Below, one piece after another: positions 28,579-38,212 of a DNA stretch of 64,000 nucleotides. Under the pieces are notes generated by a model. That model made no database searches and was not told where the DNA came from. It saw nothing but the letters and a program-made list of their open reading frames with translations. Position 1 is the first letter of the stretch; the number at the start of each line of letters is the position of its first letter. The stretch lies in the NCBI GenBank assembly GCA_963782055.1, contig CAWAIF010000003.1, positions 3,200,001 to 3,264,000 on the forward strand, read 5' to 3'. This DNA is from an uncultured delta proteobacterium (lineage in GTDB: Bacteria > Myxococcota_A > Polyangia > Polyangiales > Polyangiaceae). A program made the position numbers and the translations under genes.

Positions 28579-29375
28579 CGACCTTCGAGTGGGTGTGCGT
28601 CTCGGTGGCGGCCGGCTTCGGCTTCGGCGTGCTCGGCTTCACCCTGGTCACCTACGCCGTCGCGCGGAGCCACCACGAGCCGCGCCCGCTGCGATCCGCG
28701 CTGGGCAACGTCGCGCGGGAGGTGCTCCTCACGGTGGTGATGCAGCCGCTGTTGCCCCTGTACTTCCTCCTCGGCCGGCGGATGGGCGGAGCGGGCGGCG
28801 TCCCGATCATCCTGGTGCACGGTTACCTGCAGAACCGCGTGGACTTCCTCTACCTCGCCCGCGTGCTGCGCCGGCGCGGCCTCGGGCCGCTGTACGGGTT
28901 CAACTACTGGTCGCTGGGGCGCATCGAGAAGAGCGCCGAGCGGCTCGGCCGCTTCGCCGACAGGGCGTGCGAGGAGACGGGCGCGGCGCGCGTGGACCTG
29001 GTGTGCCACTCGCTGGGCGGGCTGGTCGGGGTGGAGCTCGCGCGCGCGCGCCCGGAGCGGGTCCGGCGGCTGGCGACCCTCGCCTCGCCGCACGCGGGCA
29101 TCGCGTGGCCTGGCCCGGTGCCGGGCGACGTGGGCCGCCAGATGAAGCGCGGCGCCCGCTTCCTCGCCGAGCGCGCCAGCGTGCCGGCGCCGGTGCCCAT
29201 CCTGTCCGTGTATTCTACACATGACAACGTGGTCTACCCGGCGCGCACCTCCTCGCGCGCGGGCGTCGGCGGCACGGACCTCGTCGTGGCTGGTGTGGGC
29301 CACTACGGCATCCTCTTCGATCGCGTCGCGGCCAACGCGGTCGCAGATTTTCTGAGCGAGCTTGGCGGGGCTTGA
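28575..29375 (+). CDS. Membrane-anchored alpha/beta hydrolase (lipase/esterase)
   Basis: GTGA-coupled; N-terminal TM; PIILVHGY, DLVCHSLGG nucleophile elbow, SPHAG, YSTHDNVV, GHYGIL. Confidence 0.85.
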   Translation: MTTFEWVCVSVAAGFGFGVLGFTLVTYAVARSHHEPRPLRSALGNVAREVLLTVVMQPLLPLYFLLGRRMGGAGGVPIILVHGYLQNRVDFLYLARVLRRRGLGPLYGFNYWSLGRIEKSAERLGRFADRACEETGAARVDLVCHSLGGLVGVELARARPERVRRLATLASPHAGIAWPGPVPGDVGRQMKRGARFLAERASVPAPVPILSVYSTHDNVVYPARTSSRAGVGGTDLVVAGVGHYGILFDRVAANAVADFLSELGGA

Positions 29376-29390
29376 GGTAGCTTCGGGGCG

Positions 29391-30419
29391 ATGGACTACA
29401 TGGCAGGGCTCGTCATGGGGGTGCTCTGCGTGGCCCCCATCGTGCTCTGCTACGCCTTCCTCATCCGGTGGGTGGACCGCTTCGAGCCCGAGCCCTGGTG
29501 GCTGCTCGGCTGCGCCTTCGTGTGGGGCGCGCTCTTCGCCACCTTCGGCGGCGGCATCTCCAGCGCCATCGGGGAGGGCGTCGCCATGGGCGTCACCGGC
29601 GCGCCCTCGACGGACCCGCAGATCCAGGCCTTCGGGGCGACGGTGCTGGCGCCCGTCTTCGAGGAGGGCTTCAAGGGCCTCGGCGTGGCGATCATCGCCG
29701 CCGCGAGCGGCCTGGGGCTGAAGGAGCTGGACGGCCCGCTGGACGGCGTCATCTACGGCGGCATGGTGGGGCTGGGCTTCACCCTGACGGAGGACACCCT
29801 CTACGTCGCCGACGCCTACGCCCGGAGCGGCGTCGGCGGGTTCGTGTCGCTGGTCTTTTTGCGCACCGTGATGCTCGGCCTCTCGCACTGCACCTTCACC
29901 GCCTGCACCGGCCTGGGCTTCGGCATCGCGGCGGAGTCGCGCAGCGGCGTGGTCAAGGTCTTCGCGCCGCTGGGCGGCTACTGCGTGGCCATGGCCATGC
30001 ACGCCATGCACAACGCGCTGCCCACCTTCCTCGGTGGGGAGGGCACCGCGCTGATGGTGCTCATCACCTGGTTCATCGACTTCCTCTTCTTCGCCATGCT
30101 GGCGGCGCTGGTGGTGCGCGACCGCGCCATCGTCATCCGCGAGCTCGCGCCGGAGGTGGGGGCGCTGCTGCACCCGATGGAGCTGCGCCTCATCACCACC
30201 TACGTGACGATCGGCTGGCGCAACTGGTCCAGCTTCCTCTCCCGCGGGTGGACGTACTTCCGGCAGCGCCGCAAGAAGCAGCTCGCCCTGGTGGAGATCG
30301 CCTTCCTCAAGAGCCGCCGGCGGCGCGGCGAGTACGGCCGCGGCCTGGACCTGAAGGAGGCGCGCCTCCGCTACGAGGTGGCCACGCTCAACCAGCGCGG
30401 CGTGTGGATCGGCGACTAG
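29391..30419 (+). CDS. PrsW-family intramembrane metalloprotease
   Basis: DRFEPEP, APVFEEGFK, DGVIYG..GLGF...ED, SHCTFT, HAMHN. Confidence 0.9.
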   Translation: MDYMAGLVMGVLCVAPIVLCYAFLIRWVDRFEPEPWWLLGCAFVWGALFATFGGGISSAIGEGVAMGVTGAPSTDPQIQAFGATVLAPVFEEGFKGLGVAIIAAASGLGLKELDGPLDGVIYGGMVGLGFTLTEDTLYVADAYARSGVGGFVSLVFLRTVMLGLSHCTFTACTGLGFGIAAESRSGVVKVFAPLGGYCVAMAMHAMHNALPTFLGGEGTALMVLITWFIDFLFFAMLAALVVRDRAIVIRELAPEVGALLHPMELRLITTYVTIGWRNWSSFLSRGWTYFRQRRKKQLALVEIAFLKSRRRRGEYGRGLDLKEARLRYEVATLNQRGVWIGD

Positions 30420-30491
30420 ATGAGCGGTCGCGGTTCGCGCACGCTGATCTAGCCGCATCCACGGGGAGGCGCGTGCCGCCCCTGCGACGTC

Positions 30492-32054
30492 TCAATGCGC
30501 GAGGCTGATCGTGCTCTTGCCCATCAGGCTGCTCACCACGATGCGCGCGTACTGGCTCGGCTCCTCCGGGACCAGCAGGTAGCCGCCGGGGATGTGGTCG
30601 TACTCGTAGTAGAAGCCGGTCACCTGGCGCAGAGTGCTCCCGTCGGCGGCGAGGTACTTCACCGTGTGCTCCTCGCCGAAGAGCTTGGAGGTCACCGTCA
30701 TCGTCTGTCCGAAGGAGAGGGTGCCGTCCCCCTGCACCCGCACGAAGCGGTACTTCTGCGGCGCGTCCAGGCTGTGCGGGAAGAGCATGTCCGTCCCGTT
30801 GACGTACTGGATGCGCGTGAAGAGCGCCTTGTAGTTGTAGTCGCTGATCCAGTCCGGCTGGCAGTAGCCCATCATGTCGTGGGCCTTGGACGGGTCGATC
30901 AGCGAGCCGGAGTTGATGTCGTAGCCCCACACGCCGATACCGCCGTTGCTGTAGGGGAAGCTGGGGTCGACGCCGCTCGCGCCGCCGCAGGGCGCGTGAG
31001 AGCGGCCGTGCGCGTGGCCGACCTCGTGCGCCATCGTGTAGCCGGTGGCCTGCGAGATGCCGCCGCCGCCGGCGTACAGCAGGCCGATGCTCACGCGCGC
31101 CCAGGTGTCCGTCGGCTTGGTGGCGAGCGAGCTCAGGCCGGCGACGCACCCGCCGCCGCAGTAGTTCTGGAAGGAGGAGGAGGGGGCGAAGCCGCCGTAG
31201 TAGTAGACGTCCGCGGCCGGGTTGTCGTTCTGGCGCTTCTGCAGCATCGCGTTGAGGAGCGAGTCCCAGCCGGAGCCGTTCGCCGCGGGGATGCTGCCGC
31301 CGTAGCTGACGGGCGAGGCCACGGTGATCTGCACGTCGGGGATGGGGTACAGGCCGAGGAGGACCTTGCGGAACGCCTGGATGGCGCTCGACGAGGTGTC
31401 GGGGGTCAGGCCGTTGGAGAGCTTGATGGGGAACAGCTCGATCTTGAGCTGCGATCCGGCGTCCTTGACCTCCAGCGACTCGAAGCTGTAGTCCGCCGGG
31501 TACACCGCGTTGGGGTCCCCAGCCTGGTTGGGATCCCCGGACGGATCCTGGATGAGGACCTGGAACTTGGTGTCCGTCTGGAAGTCCTCGGCGTTCACGC
31601 CGAAGTTGAGCGTGGAGGCGAGGGCGGCGTCGGTGGACGCGGCCGAGGGCGTCACCGTGGCGCTGTAGTCCTTGGTGTTGCCGCCGGTGGTGAGCCGCAG
31701 GTACCCGTGGACCTGGTGGGGCGACCACGTGTTGTCCGGCTTGAGGAAGACGCGCACCAGGCCGGGGCGGTTGGCGATGAGCGGCGCGTTCTTGGCGATG
31801 TGCGCGCCGTTCTTCACCACCGTGACCTTCACGCCCTGGTAGACGGCGATGTCGGTGATGGCGAGGCCCTCGACGATCGGCGTGCCTTGCTGCGGGCCAC
31901 CGGAGTCCGCCTGGGTGCCGCCGTCGTCGGCGGCCGTGGCGTCGTCGCCGCCTCCGCCTCCGCCGTCACCGTTGGTGCCGAAACCGTTGCCGTCGGTGCC
32001 TCCGCACGCGATCAGCACCACCCCCAGCGCCAAGCTACCCAGCCAGATCTTCAC
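30492..32054 (-). CDS. Zinc metalloprotease lipoprotein (M66-like)
   Basis: GAGGAGG then GTG 32054; lipobox LIAC; AHEVGHAHGRSHAPCG (HExxHxxGxxH); Met-turn DMMGYC..WISDY. Confidence 0.85.
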   Translation of the reverse strand: MKIWLGSLALGVVLIACGGTDGNGFGTNGDGGGGGGDDATAADDGGTQADSGGPQQGTPIVEGLAITDIAVYQGVKVTVVKNGAHIAKNAPLIANRPGLVRVFLKPDNTWSPHQVHGYLRLTTGGNTKDYSATVTPSAASTDAALASTLNFGVNAEDFQTDTKFQVLIQDPSGDPNQAGDPNAVYPADYSFESLEVKDAGSQLKIELFPIKLSNGLTPDTSSSAIQAFRKVLLGLYPIPDVQITVASPVSYGGSIPAANGSGWDSLLNAMLQKRQNDNPAADVYYYGGFAPSSSFQNYCGGGCVAGLSSLATKPTDTWARVSIGLLYAGGGGISQATGYTMAHEVGHAHGRSHAPCGGASGVDPSFPYSNGGIGVWGYDINSGSLIDPSKAHDMMGYCQPDWISDYNYKALFTRIQYVNGTDMLFPHSLDAPQKYRFVRVQGDGTLSFGQTMTVTSKLFGEEHTVKYLAADGSTLRQVTGFYYEYDHIPGGYLLVPEEPSQYARIVVSSLMGKSTISLAH

Positions 32055-32199
32055 GACGGCCTCCTCGAGAAAAAAGGACGAGCTAATCTTAACGAGGACG
32101 AAGGCCACGTCGAATTCAAAGCGCACGATTTCAAGTACTTGCTGCCCCTACCGGAAAGATGCCGTGTCGCCGGAGGCCGCTCGGGGCGGCCTGGCGCGT

Positions 32200-33132
32200 T
32201 CAGGCGTCATGGCCCTCGTCCAGCTCCTCGTAGTCGTCGAAGAGATGCAGGTCGAGGATGCGCGAGTCGTTCGGCCCGTCGGTGATCACGTCGACGAAGC
32301 GCGCCCCGAAGACGAAGTCGGCCGCCTCGTAGGTGTGCCGCGCGTGCACCGTCTGCGAGAGCATCTCGTCGATGCCGACCAGCGTGACGATGAGCGACAC
32401 CTGCTGGCGCTTCAGGTCCTCCACGCTCAAGCCGTAGAACGGGCTCTCCGGCGTGATCTCGTGGAAGGCGAGCCACGTCAAAAAGAACATCGCCGACTCG
32501 GAGCGCACCAGCTTCAGGTCGGTGAGCTTGCGGATGCGCTCGCCCTCCAGCGTGACGTGCAGGCGCGCCATCACCACCCGGACGCCGGCCTGGACGATGC
32601 GCGTCTCGCGGGCGTTCGCCATCCGGAACTGGAGCGTCGGCACGCCGTCGCGGCGGGAGATCACCACGTTCCGCGTGAAGAGCACGCGCGCGGTGGGTCG
32701 GGAGAACTTGGCGAAGACCAGGCCGGTGGTGAAGGTGGCCGCGAGCAGGCCGCAGAAGGCCTCCACGGTGACGACCATGTGCGCGGCGCGCGTCACCGGG
32801 CTCATCGCCCCGTAGCCGATGGTCGCGAGCGTCTGCACGCTGAAGTAGAAGGAGTCCTCGAAGTTGCCGGGGCGCGCGCCGGTCACGCCGCCGGGCATGA
32901 AGGTGTAGACGACGGCGAAGAGCAGGTTCGCCGTCATGTACAGGCAGAAGATGATGCCCAGCGTCGTCGGCCAGCTCGCCTGCATCAGGCGGTAGTAGAA
33001 GTCGCGCAGGGGGTGGATGCGCCCCCCGACGCGCTCGATGCGCCGGGCGCGCTCCACCGTCCGGTCGCGCGGCGCGGGCGTCACCCGGCGCACGACCTTC
33101 GGCCGCGGGGGAGGGCGCGGCGGCTCGCTCAC
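32200..33132 (-). CDS. Inward-rectifier potassium channel (KirBac-like)
   Basis: DFYY slide helix, FYFSVQTLATIGYG filter, FAKFSRP, PTLQFRMANAR, HEITPESP, FGARFVD. Confidence 0.92.
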   Translation of the reverse strand: MSEPPRPPPRPKVVRRVTPAPRDRTVERARRIERVGGRIHPLRDFYYRLMQASWPTTLGIIFCLYMTANLLFAVVYTFMPGGVTGARPGNFEDSFYFSVQTLATIGYGAMSPVTRAAHMVVTVEAFCGLLAATFTTGLVFAKFSRPTARVLFTRNVVISRRDGVPTLQFRMANARETRIVQAGVRVVMARLHVTLEGERIRKLTDLKLVRSESAMFFLTWLAFHEITPESPFYGLSVEDLKRQQVSLIVTLVGIDEMLSQTVHARHTYEAADFVFGARFVDVITDGPNDSRILDLHLFDDYEELDEGHDA

Positions 33133-33653
33133 GGCGCCCCGACGGGGGAGACCTGGCGGCCCCAGGCGGTCTCCACGACCAGCTCGCGCTTGCCCCCCTT
33201 CGCTCCCGCCGGTGGGAAGTTGATCATCCTCGCGGGGGACAGGACACAAAGGAGCCCGCTCGTCGTGGCATCGGAGGGCGAGAAGACCACGTTGGGCCGC
33301 CCGACCACCCCCGCGTCGTCGACGGGGAGTACCAGGTGCGCGCCACCGTCGACCAGCTTGCCCTGGCCTAGCAGGTTGCTCGCGCAGCGGGAGATGCGGT
33401 CGGCCAGGTTGTCGACCGCGTCGTGGGCCTCGTCCGGCGTGAGCCCCTGCGCGCTGGCCAGCCCTACCGCCACGAGCGGACGGCGCGCGACGTAGGCGTA
33501 ACCCTCCGCCGTCGTCGCCACCGACGCATCCTGGGTCTGGACGTGCCGCCCCCCGACGAGCACGTCGCGCGGGCCGCTCGGGCAGGCGGGCAGGGCGGCG
33601 AGCGTCAGCGCGCACGCCGCGAGGACGAGCATGCCGGCGCGCCCGGGGCTCAC
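33129..33653 (-). CDS. Lipoprotein with AgmX/PglI- or TonB-C-like C-terminal domain
   Basis: Lipobox [24 protein letters not shown]...INFPP pattern. Overlaps both neighbours by 4 nt. Confidence 0.6.
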   Translation of the reverse strand: MSPGRAGMLVLAACALTLAALPACPSGPRDVLVGGRHVQTQDASVATTAEGYAYVARRPLVAVGLASAQGLTPDEAHDAVDNLADRISRCASNLLGQGKLVDGGAHLVLPVDDAGVVGRPNVVFSPSDATTSGLLCVLSPARMINFPPAGAKGGKRELVVETAWGRQVSPVGAP

Positions 33654-34789
33654 GCGAGGAGGTTTCGCGCGATGACCAGCCGCTGGATCTGGCTGGTGCC
33701 CTCGTAGATCTGGAGGATCTTGGCGTCGCGCATCAGCTTCTCCACGGGGTAGTCCTTGACGTAGCCGTTGCCGCCGAACACCTGCACCGCGTCGACCGCC
33801 GTCTGCATCGCGCTGTCGGCGCCGAAGGCCTTCGCGTAGCTGGAGACGATGGGGTTTCGCACGCCGTGGTCCAGGTTCCACGCCGCCTTGCGCACGAGCA
33901 GGCTCGTCGCCTCGTAGCGGATGGCCATGTCGGCGAGGATCGCCTGGATCATCTGGTGCCGGCCGATCGGCACGCCGAAGGTCTTGCGCTCCTTGGCGTA
34001 GGCGACCGACTCGTCCAGGCAGCGCCGCATGATGCCGCAGGCGATGGCGCCGATGTCCGGACGGGTCTGGTTGAAGGTCTCCATCGCCAGCTTGAAGCCC
34101 TGCCCGGGCGGGGCGAGCACCTGGGCGGCGGGGACGCGCACGTCCTCGAGCATCACCGTGTTGGTGTCGCTCGCGCGCTGGCCGAGCTTGTCCTCGTGCT
34201 CGCCCACCGAGACGCCCTTCTGCGAGCGCTCCACGATGAAGGCGCCGATGCCCTTGTGCCTCAGCTCCGGGTTCTCGGTGGCGAAGATGACGTAGAAGCT
34301 CGCGAAGCTGGCGTTGGTGATCCAGCACTTGGTGCCCGCGAGCACGTAGCTGCCGTCTGCCTCCTTCTTCGCGCGGCACTGCAGGCCGGCGACGTCGCTG
34401 CCGGCGTTGGGCTCGCTCGTCGCGTAGGAGGCGAAGATGGGCTCCTTCGCCATCCAGCCCAGGTACTTCTTCTTCTGCTCCTCGCTGCCGCCCAGCTTGA
34501 TGGGCGTGGCGGCGAGGTTGTTGGCGCTCATGCTCGTCTGGATGCCGGAGCAGCCGTAGGCGAGCTCCTCGGTGATGTAGGTGAGGTCCAGGTCGCCCAG
34601 GCCGGGGCCGCCGTACTCGGCGGGGAGGGTGGCGTTGACCAGTCCGAGCTTGTGCCCCTCGACGAAGACCTCCTTCGGGAACTCCGACTTCTGATCGCAC
34701 GCGGCGGCGATGGGGATGATGCGCTCCTTGGTGAAGCGGCGCGCGGTCTCGACGAGGGCCTGCTGCTCTTCGCTCAGTGAGAAATCCAT
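33650..34789 (-). CDS. Acyl-CoA dehydrogenase
   Basis: [55 protein letters not shown]. Confidence 0.95.
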   Translation of the reverse strand: MDFSLSEEQQALVETARRFTKERIIPIAAACDQKSEFPKEVFVEGHKLGLVNATLPAEYGGPGLGDLDLTYITEELAYGCSGIQTSMSANNLAATPIKLGGSEEQKKKYLGWMAKEPIFASYATSEPNAGSDVAGLQCRAKKEADGSYVLAGTKCWITNASFASFYVIFATENPELRHKGIGAFIVERSQKGVSVGEHEDKLGQRASDTNTVMLEDVRVPAAQVLAPPGQGFKLAMETFNQTRPDIGAIACGIMRRCLDESVAYAKERKTFGVPIGRHQMIQAILADMAIRYEATSLLVRKAAWNLDHGVRNPIVSSYAKAFGADSAMQTAVDAVQVFGGNGYVKDYPVEKLMRDAKILQIYEGTSQIQRLVIARNLLA

Positions 34790-34814
34790 GTCCTCTCCAG
34801 TGGTGGTACCCGGT

Positions 34815-34940
34815 TCACTCGCGCGCGCGTCGGCGTCGGCGGTCGGTCCGCCCGCGCTCGGCGCGCACGCCGAGAATGTACCCGACGATGACGCCGATCA
34901 TCAGCACGCCTGGGATGAAGATGACGTGCTCGACCGGCAC
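34815..34940 (-). CDS. Small (41 aa) single-pass membrane protein, absent from the ORF track
   Basis: GTG 3 nt after the ccmD stop; [41 protein letters not shown]; fills the gap within the operon. Confidence 0.7.
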   Translation of the reverse strand: MPVEHVIFIPGVLMIGVIVGYILGVRAERGRTDRRRRRARE

Positions 34941-34943
34941 GGC

Positions 34944-35270
34944 TCAGCCCCTCTTCGCTTCGGCGCGATCCAGGGCCTTCTCCAGGTCGTCGATGCGAGC
35001 GCGCAGGGCCGCCTCCTGCCGCCACACGATGACGATGTAGCCCATCAGGATGACCCAGAGCACCGAGTACGCCGTGACGAGCAGCTTGGCGCCGCTGCGC
35101 AGCTGCGGTCCGCCCTCCACCGGGCGGAACGCGGTGGCGCGGTCGTCGGGGGTCTTGCCCGCCTCGGCGCTGGCCGCCGCGGAAGGGGCGGGGGTGGACT
35201 GGGCCCAGGCGGGCCCGGCGAGGCACGCCAGGGCGAGCGTCAGCACGGCGATCCACGAGCGCGTTCGCAT
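34944..35270 (-). CDS. ccmD: CcmD-like heme exporter protein with N-terminal signal peptide extension
   Basis: TGATG-coupled to ccmC; LLVTAYSVLWVILMGY TM followed by a charged helix. Confidence 0.65.
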   Translation of the reverse strand: MRTRSWIAVLTLALACLAGPAWAQSTPAPSAAASAEAGKTPDDRATAFRPVEGGPQLRSGAKLLVTAYSVLWVILMGYIVIVWRQEAALRARIDDLEKALDRAEAKRG

Positions 35271-36022
35271 CAGGCTTCTTCCTCCTCGAGCAGGCCGAGG
35301 TCCAGCGCGTCCTCTTCCGCCCGGGCGAGGCGGTGCTTCGCCAGCTCGAGCCGGACGCGCGCCCAGAGCAGGGTGATGGCGAAGAGGGTGAAGGAGATGA
35401 ACCCGAGGGCGAGCGCGAGCTTCATCTCCGGCGAGTGCAGGCCGCCGCCCTTGGCGGTGATGACGGTGGGGTGCTGGCCGCTCCACTTCTGCACGCTGAA
35501 GTGGATGATGGGCAGGTTGGCCGCGCCCAGGATGCCGAGCGCCGCCGAGAAGCGCCGCTCCGCCTCGCCGTCGCCGGCGAACCCGCGCAGCACCAGGTAC
35601 GCGACATAGATGAGGACGCTGAGCAGCGCGGTGGTGAGGCGCGGATCCCACGTCCAGAAGTAGCCCCACGCCTTGGCCGCCCAGAGCGGCCCGGTGGTCA
35701 GCACGATGGCGCCGAAGACGACCGCCAGCTCGGCCCCCACGCGCGCGACGGAGTCCCACAGCGCGGTGGGCTTGAGGAGGTAGCCCACCGAGCCCACGAA
35801 GCACGCGGCCGCCCCCAGGTACATGCTGTAGGCCGCGGGGACGTGGAAGTAGAAGATCTTCTGGACGATGCCCATCACCCGCTCGATGGGCGCCTGGTAG
35901 AAGACGACGTGGATCGTCCACAAAAACAGGGCTGTCGTCGTGGCGATCAGGCCGTAGAAGACGAAGTCGGCCGCGCCGCGCCCGTAGGCCGCCACCCCCG
36001 GTCGCGCGCCGTTGTCCTTCAT
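35270..36022 (-). CDS. ccmC: Cytochrome c maturation heme chaperone/exporter CcmC
   Basis: QKIFYFHVP, TGPLWAAKAWGYFWTWDPRLT (WWD domain), IIHFSV.W..QHP. Confidence 0.9.
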   Translation of the reverse strand: MKDNGARPGVAAYGRGAADFVFYGLIATTTALFLWTIHVVFYQAPIERVMGIVQKIFYFHVPAAYSMYLGAAACFVGSVGYLLKPTALWDSVARVGAELAVVFGAIVLTTGPLWAAKAWGYFWTWDPRLTTALLSVLIYVAYLVLRGFAGDGEAERRFSAALGILGAANLPIIHFSVQKWSGQHPTVITAKGGGLHSPEMKLALALGFISFTLFAITLLWARVRLELAKHRLARAEEDALDLGLLEEEEA

Positions 36023-36211
36023 CGCCCCACACGGTAGTGCCCCTCGCGGCGTCCTTCAAGCGAACCCGGACCAAAAGCCTTAGGCGCCCCGGGCGGTGGC
36101 ATCGTACAATTCGATCTCGGTCGGAAGGCCGGCGGGCGTGACCGGCGGGGAAGGCGGTCTCGCGCGCATGCTCGCGGGACACTTGTGCTTCACGTGACGG
36201 AGGTGGTGACG

Positions 36212-38210
36212 ATGGCAGCTTGGACGAAACATCTTGCGCTGATCGCGGCGATGACTGTGGGCGTGGCGGCGGCGGGCGCCGCCGGGTGCGGTTCGGAGGG
36301 TGACAACCGCTTCGGCAACGGCGCCGACGGCGGCGTCGACGGCGCCGACATCGACGCGCAGTTCCAGGACGGCGACTGCCTGTTCGGCTGCGGCAACGGC
36401 GACTCCAGCACCACGCAGCAGCTCGTCATCGCGCCGCAGAACGTCGTCTTGACCGTGAACAACGGCACCGTCCAGACGCAGGACTTCACCGTCACCTTCA
36501 ACGGCAACGACGTCACCTCGCAGGTGTCCTGGTCGTACGACACGCCCATCATCGGCGACGTGCTCTCCGCCGCCACCTTCACGCCGACGGGCAAGGTCGC
36601 CGGCGTAGGCACCCTCACCGCGAGCATGGGCAACGGCAAGGGTAGCACCACCGTCTCGGTGAAGATCCTCAAGACGGTGACCGGCGGCGTGTCGCAGCAG
36701 CAGCAGCAGACGCTCGACAACCCCAACGGCCCGGCCGACAGCGCGCAGCTCGTCTACCCCTACGACAAGACCGTCTTCCCGCTCGCGGTGCTCGCCCCGG
36801 AGATGCAGTGGAACGGCGCGGGGAGCAACGACGTCTACCGCCTGGAGCTCAAGGAGAAGTTCTACGACTACGTCGAGTACTTCACGACGGGCACGCCCTC
36901 TCGCCACCTCGTCGCGCAGGCGGACTGGGACGGCATCGAGAGCTCCGGCCAGGGTCCGAACAGCGACCCGCTGAGCGTGTCGCTCACGCGCATGTCGGGC
37001 AACACCGCGTACAAGCCCATCCAGCAGACGTGGCACATCGCGCAGGGCAAGCTCTTCGGCAGCGTCTACTACTGGGAGCTGCCCGACGCCTGCGGGAGCG
37101 GCAACGGCCGCATCCTGAAGATCAACCCGGGCGCCACCAACGTCACCCAGATCCTCAACAACGGCGAGTGCTGGGGCTGCCACACCGTCAGCCGCGACGG
37201 CAACACCATCCTGGGCAATTTCAGCGCCCTCAGCTACGGCGACGAGACGGTCGACATCTCGCAGAACCCCGCGGTGAAGACCAGCACGACGTTCGGCACG
37301 AGCACCTTCTCCGCCTTCAACGACGACGGGACCAAGGCGCTCATGGCGCACGGCAACTACAGCGGGCCGCACACTGTCGACCTGGTGGACGTCGCCAAGG
37401 GCACCACCCTCAAGGGCAGCGTCTTCAGCGGCTACGCCGCCGAGCCTGCCTGGTCGCCCGACGGCAAGAAGGTCGCCGCCATCACCGGCATCAGCGACAG
37501 CGGCTGGCCGTTCGACTCGCAGAGCGGGGATTCTCACGGTCGGCGACGTGGGGCCGAACAACACCTTCTCCAACTTCAAGACCATCGTCCCGAAGGCGAA
37601 GGTGGGCACCGGCCGTCCGGCGTACCCGAGCTTCGACCCCACCTCCAGCTACCTCGCCTTCACCAACCCGAGCGCCGGGTCCCGGTCCACCGGCAGCGGC
37701 TCGCTCTGGCTGGCGGACGTGGGCGGCACCAGCGTCAAGGAGCTGAAGACCGCCGCGAGCGACGGCAAGAGCTTCAACCCGGTCTTCGCCCCGCTGCGCG
37801 CGGGCGGCTACTCCTGGATCGTGTTCATCACGCGCCGCAACTACGGCAACGAGCTGGTCTCGGCCAACCGGCAGCAGCTCTGGATCACCGCGATCGACGA
37901 CCCGCCGACGGCCGCCGACCCGTCGCACCCGCCGTTTTACATGCGCGGGCAGGAGTCGTGCGGCAAGAGCGAGAACGCGTACTACGCGCTCGACCCGTGC
38001 AAGAAGGTCGGCGAGGACTGCACCTCCGGCGTCGACTGCTGCGGCGGCCAGTGCATCAAGGACCCGAACACCAAGAAGTACACCTGCGGCAACAACCCGC
38101 AGAACGGGTGCTCGTCGGACGGCAACGCCTGCAAGTCGGACAGCGACTGCTGCGGCGCCCCGCAGTCCAAGTGCATCGACGGCTTCTGCCAGAAGCCGCC
38201 GCCGAACTGA
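36212..38210 (+). pseudogene. Lipoprotein with Ig-like region, CxxCH motif, TolB/PD40-like beta-propeller and Cys-rich tail; one-base frameshift at about 37531 (possibly a sequencing error)
   Basis: Lipobox AAGC; CWGCH; EPAWSPDGKK, YPSFDP, NPVFAP blades. Deleting one T in GGG GAT T CTC ACG joins ORF 36185 to ORF 37548. Confidence 0.78.
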
Positions 38211-38212
38211 GA

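Noticed and set aside
32060..32150. AT-richer patch as foreign DNA or ncRNA
   Set aside because: It is short and lies directly upstream of the M66-like protease, so it is best explained as its promoter region (TAAGAT on the minus strand).
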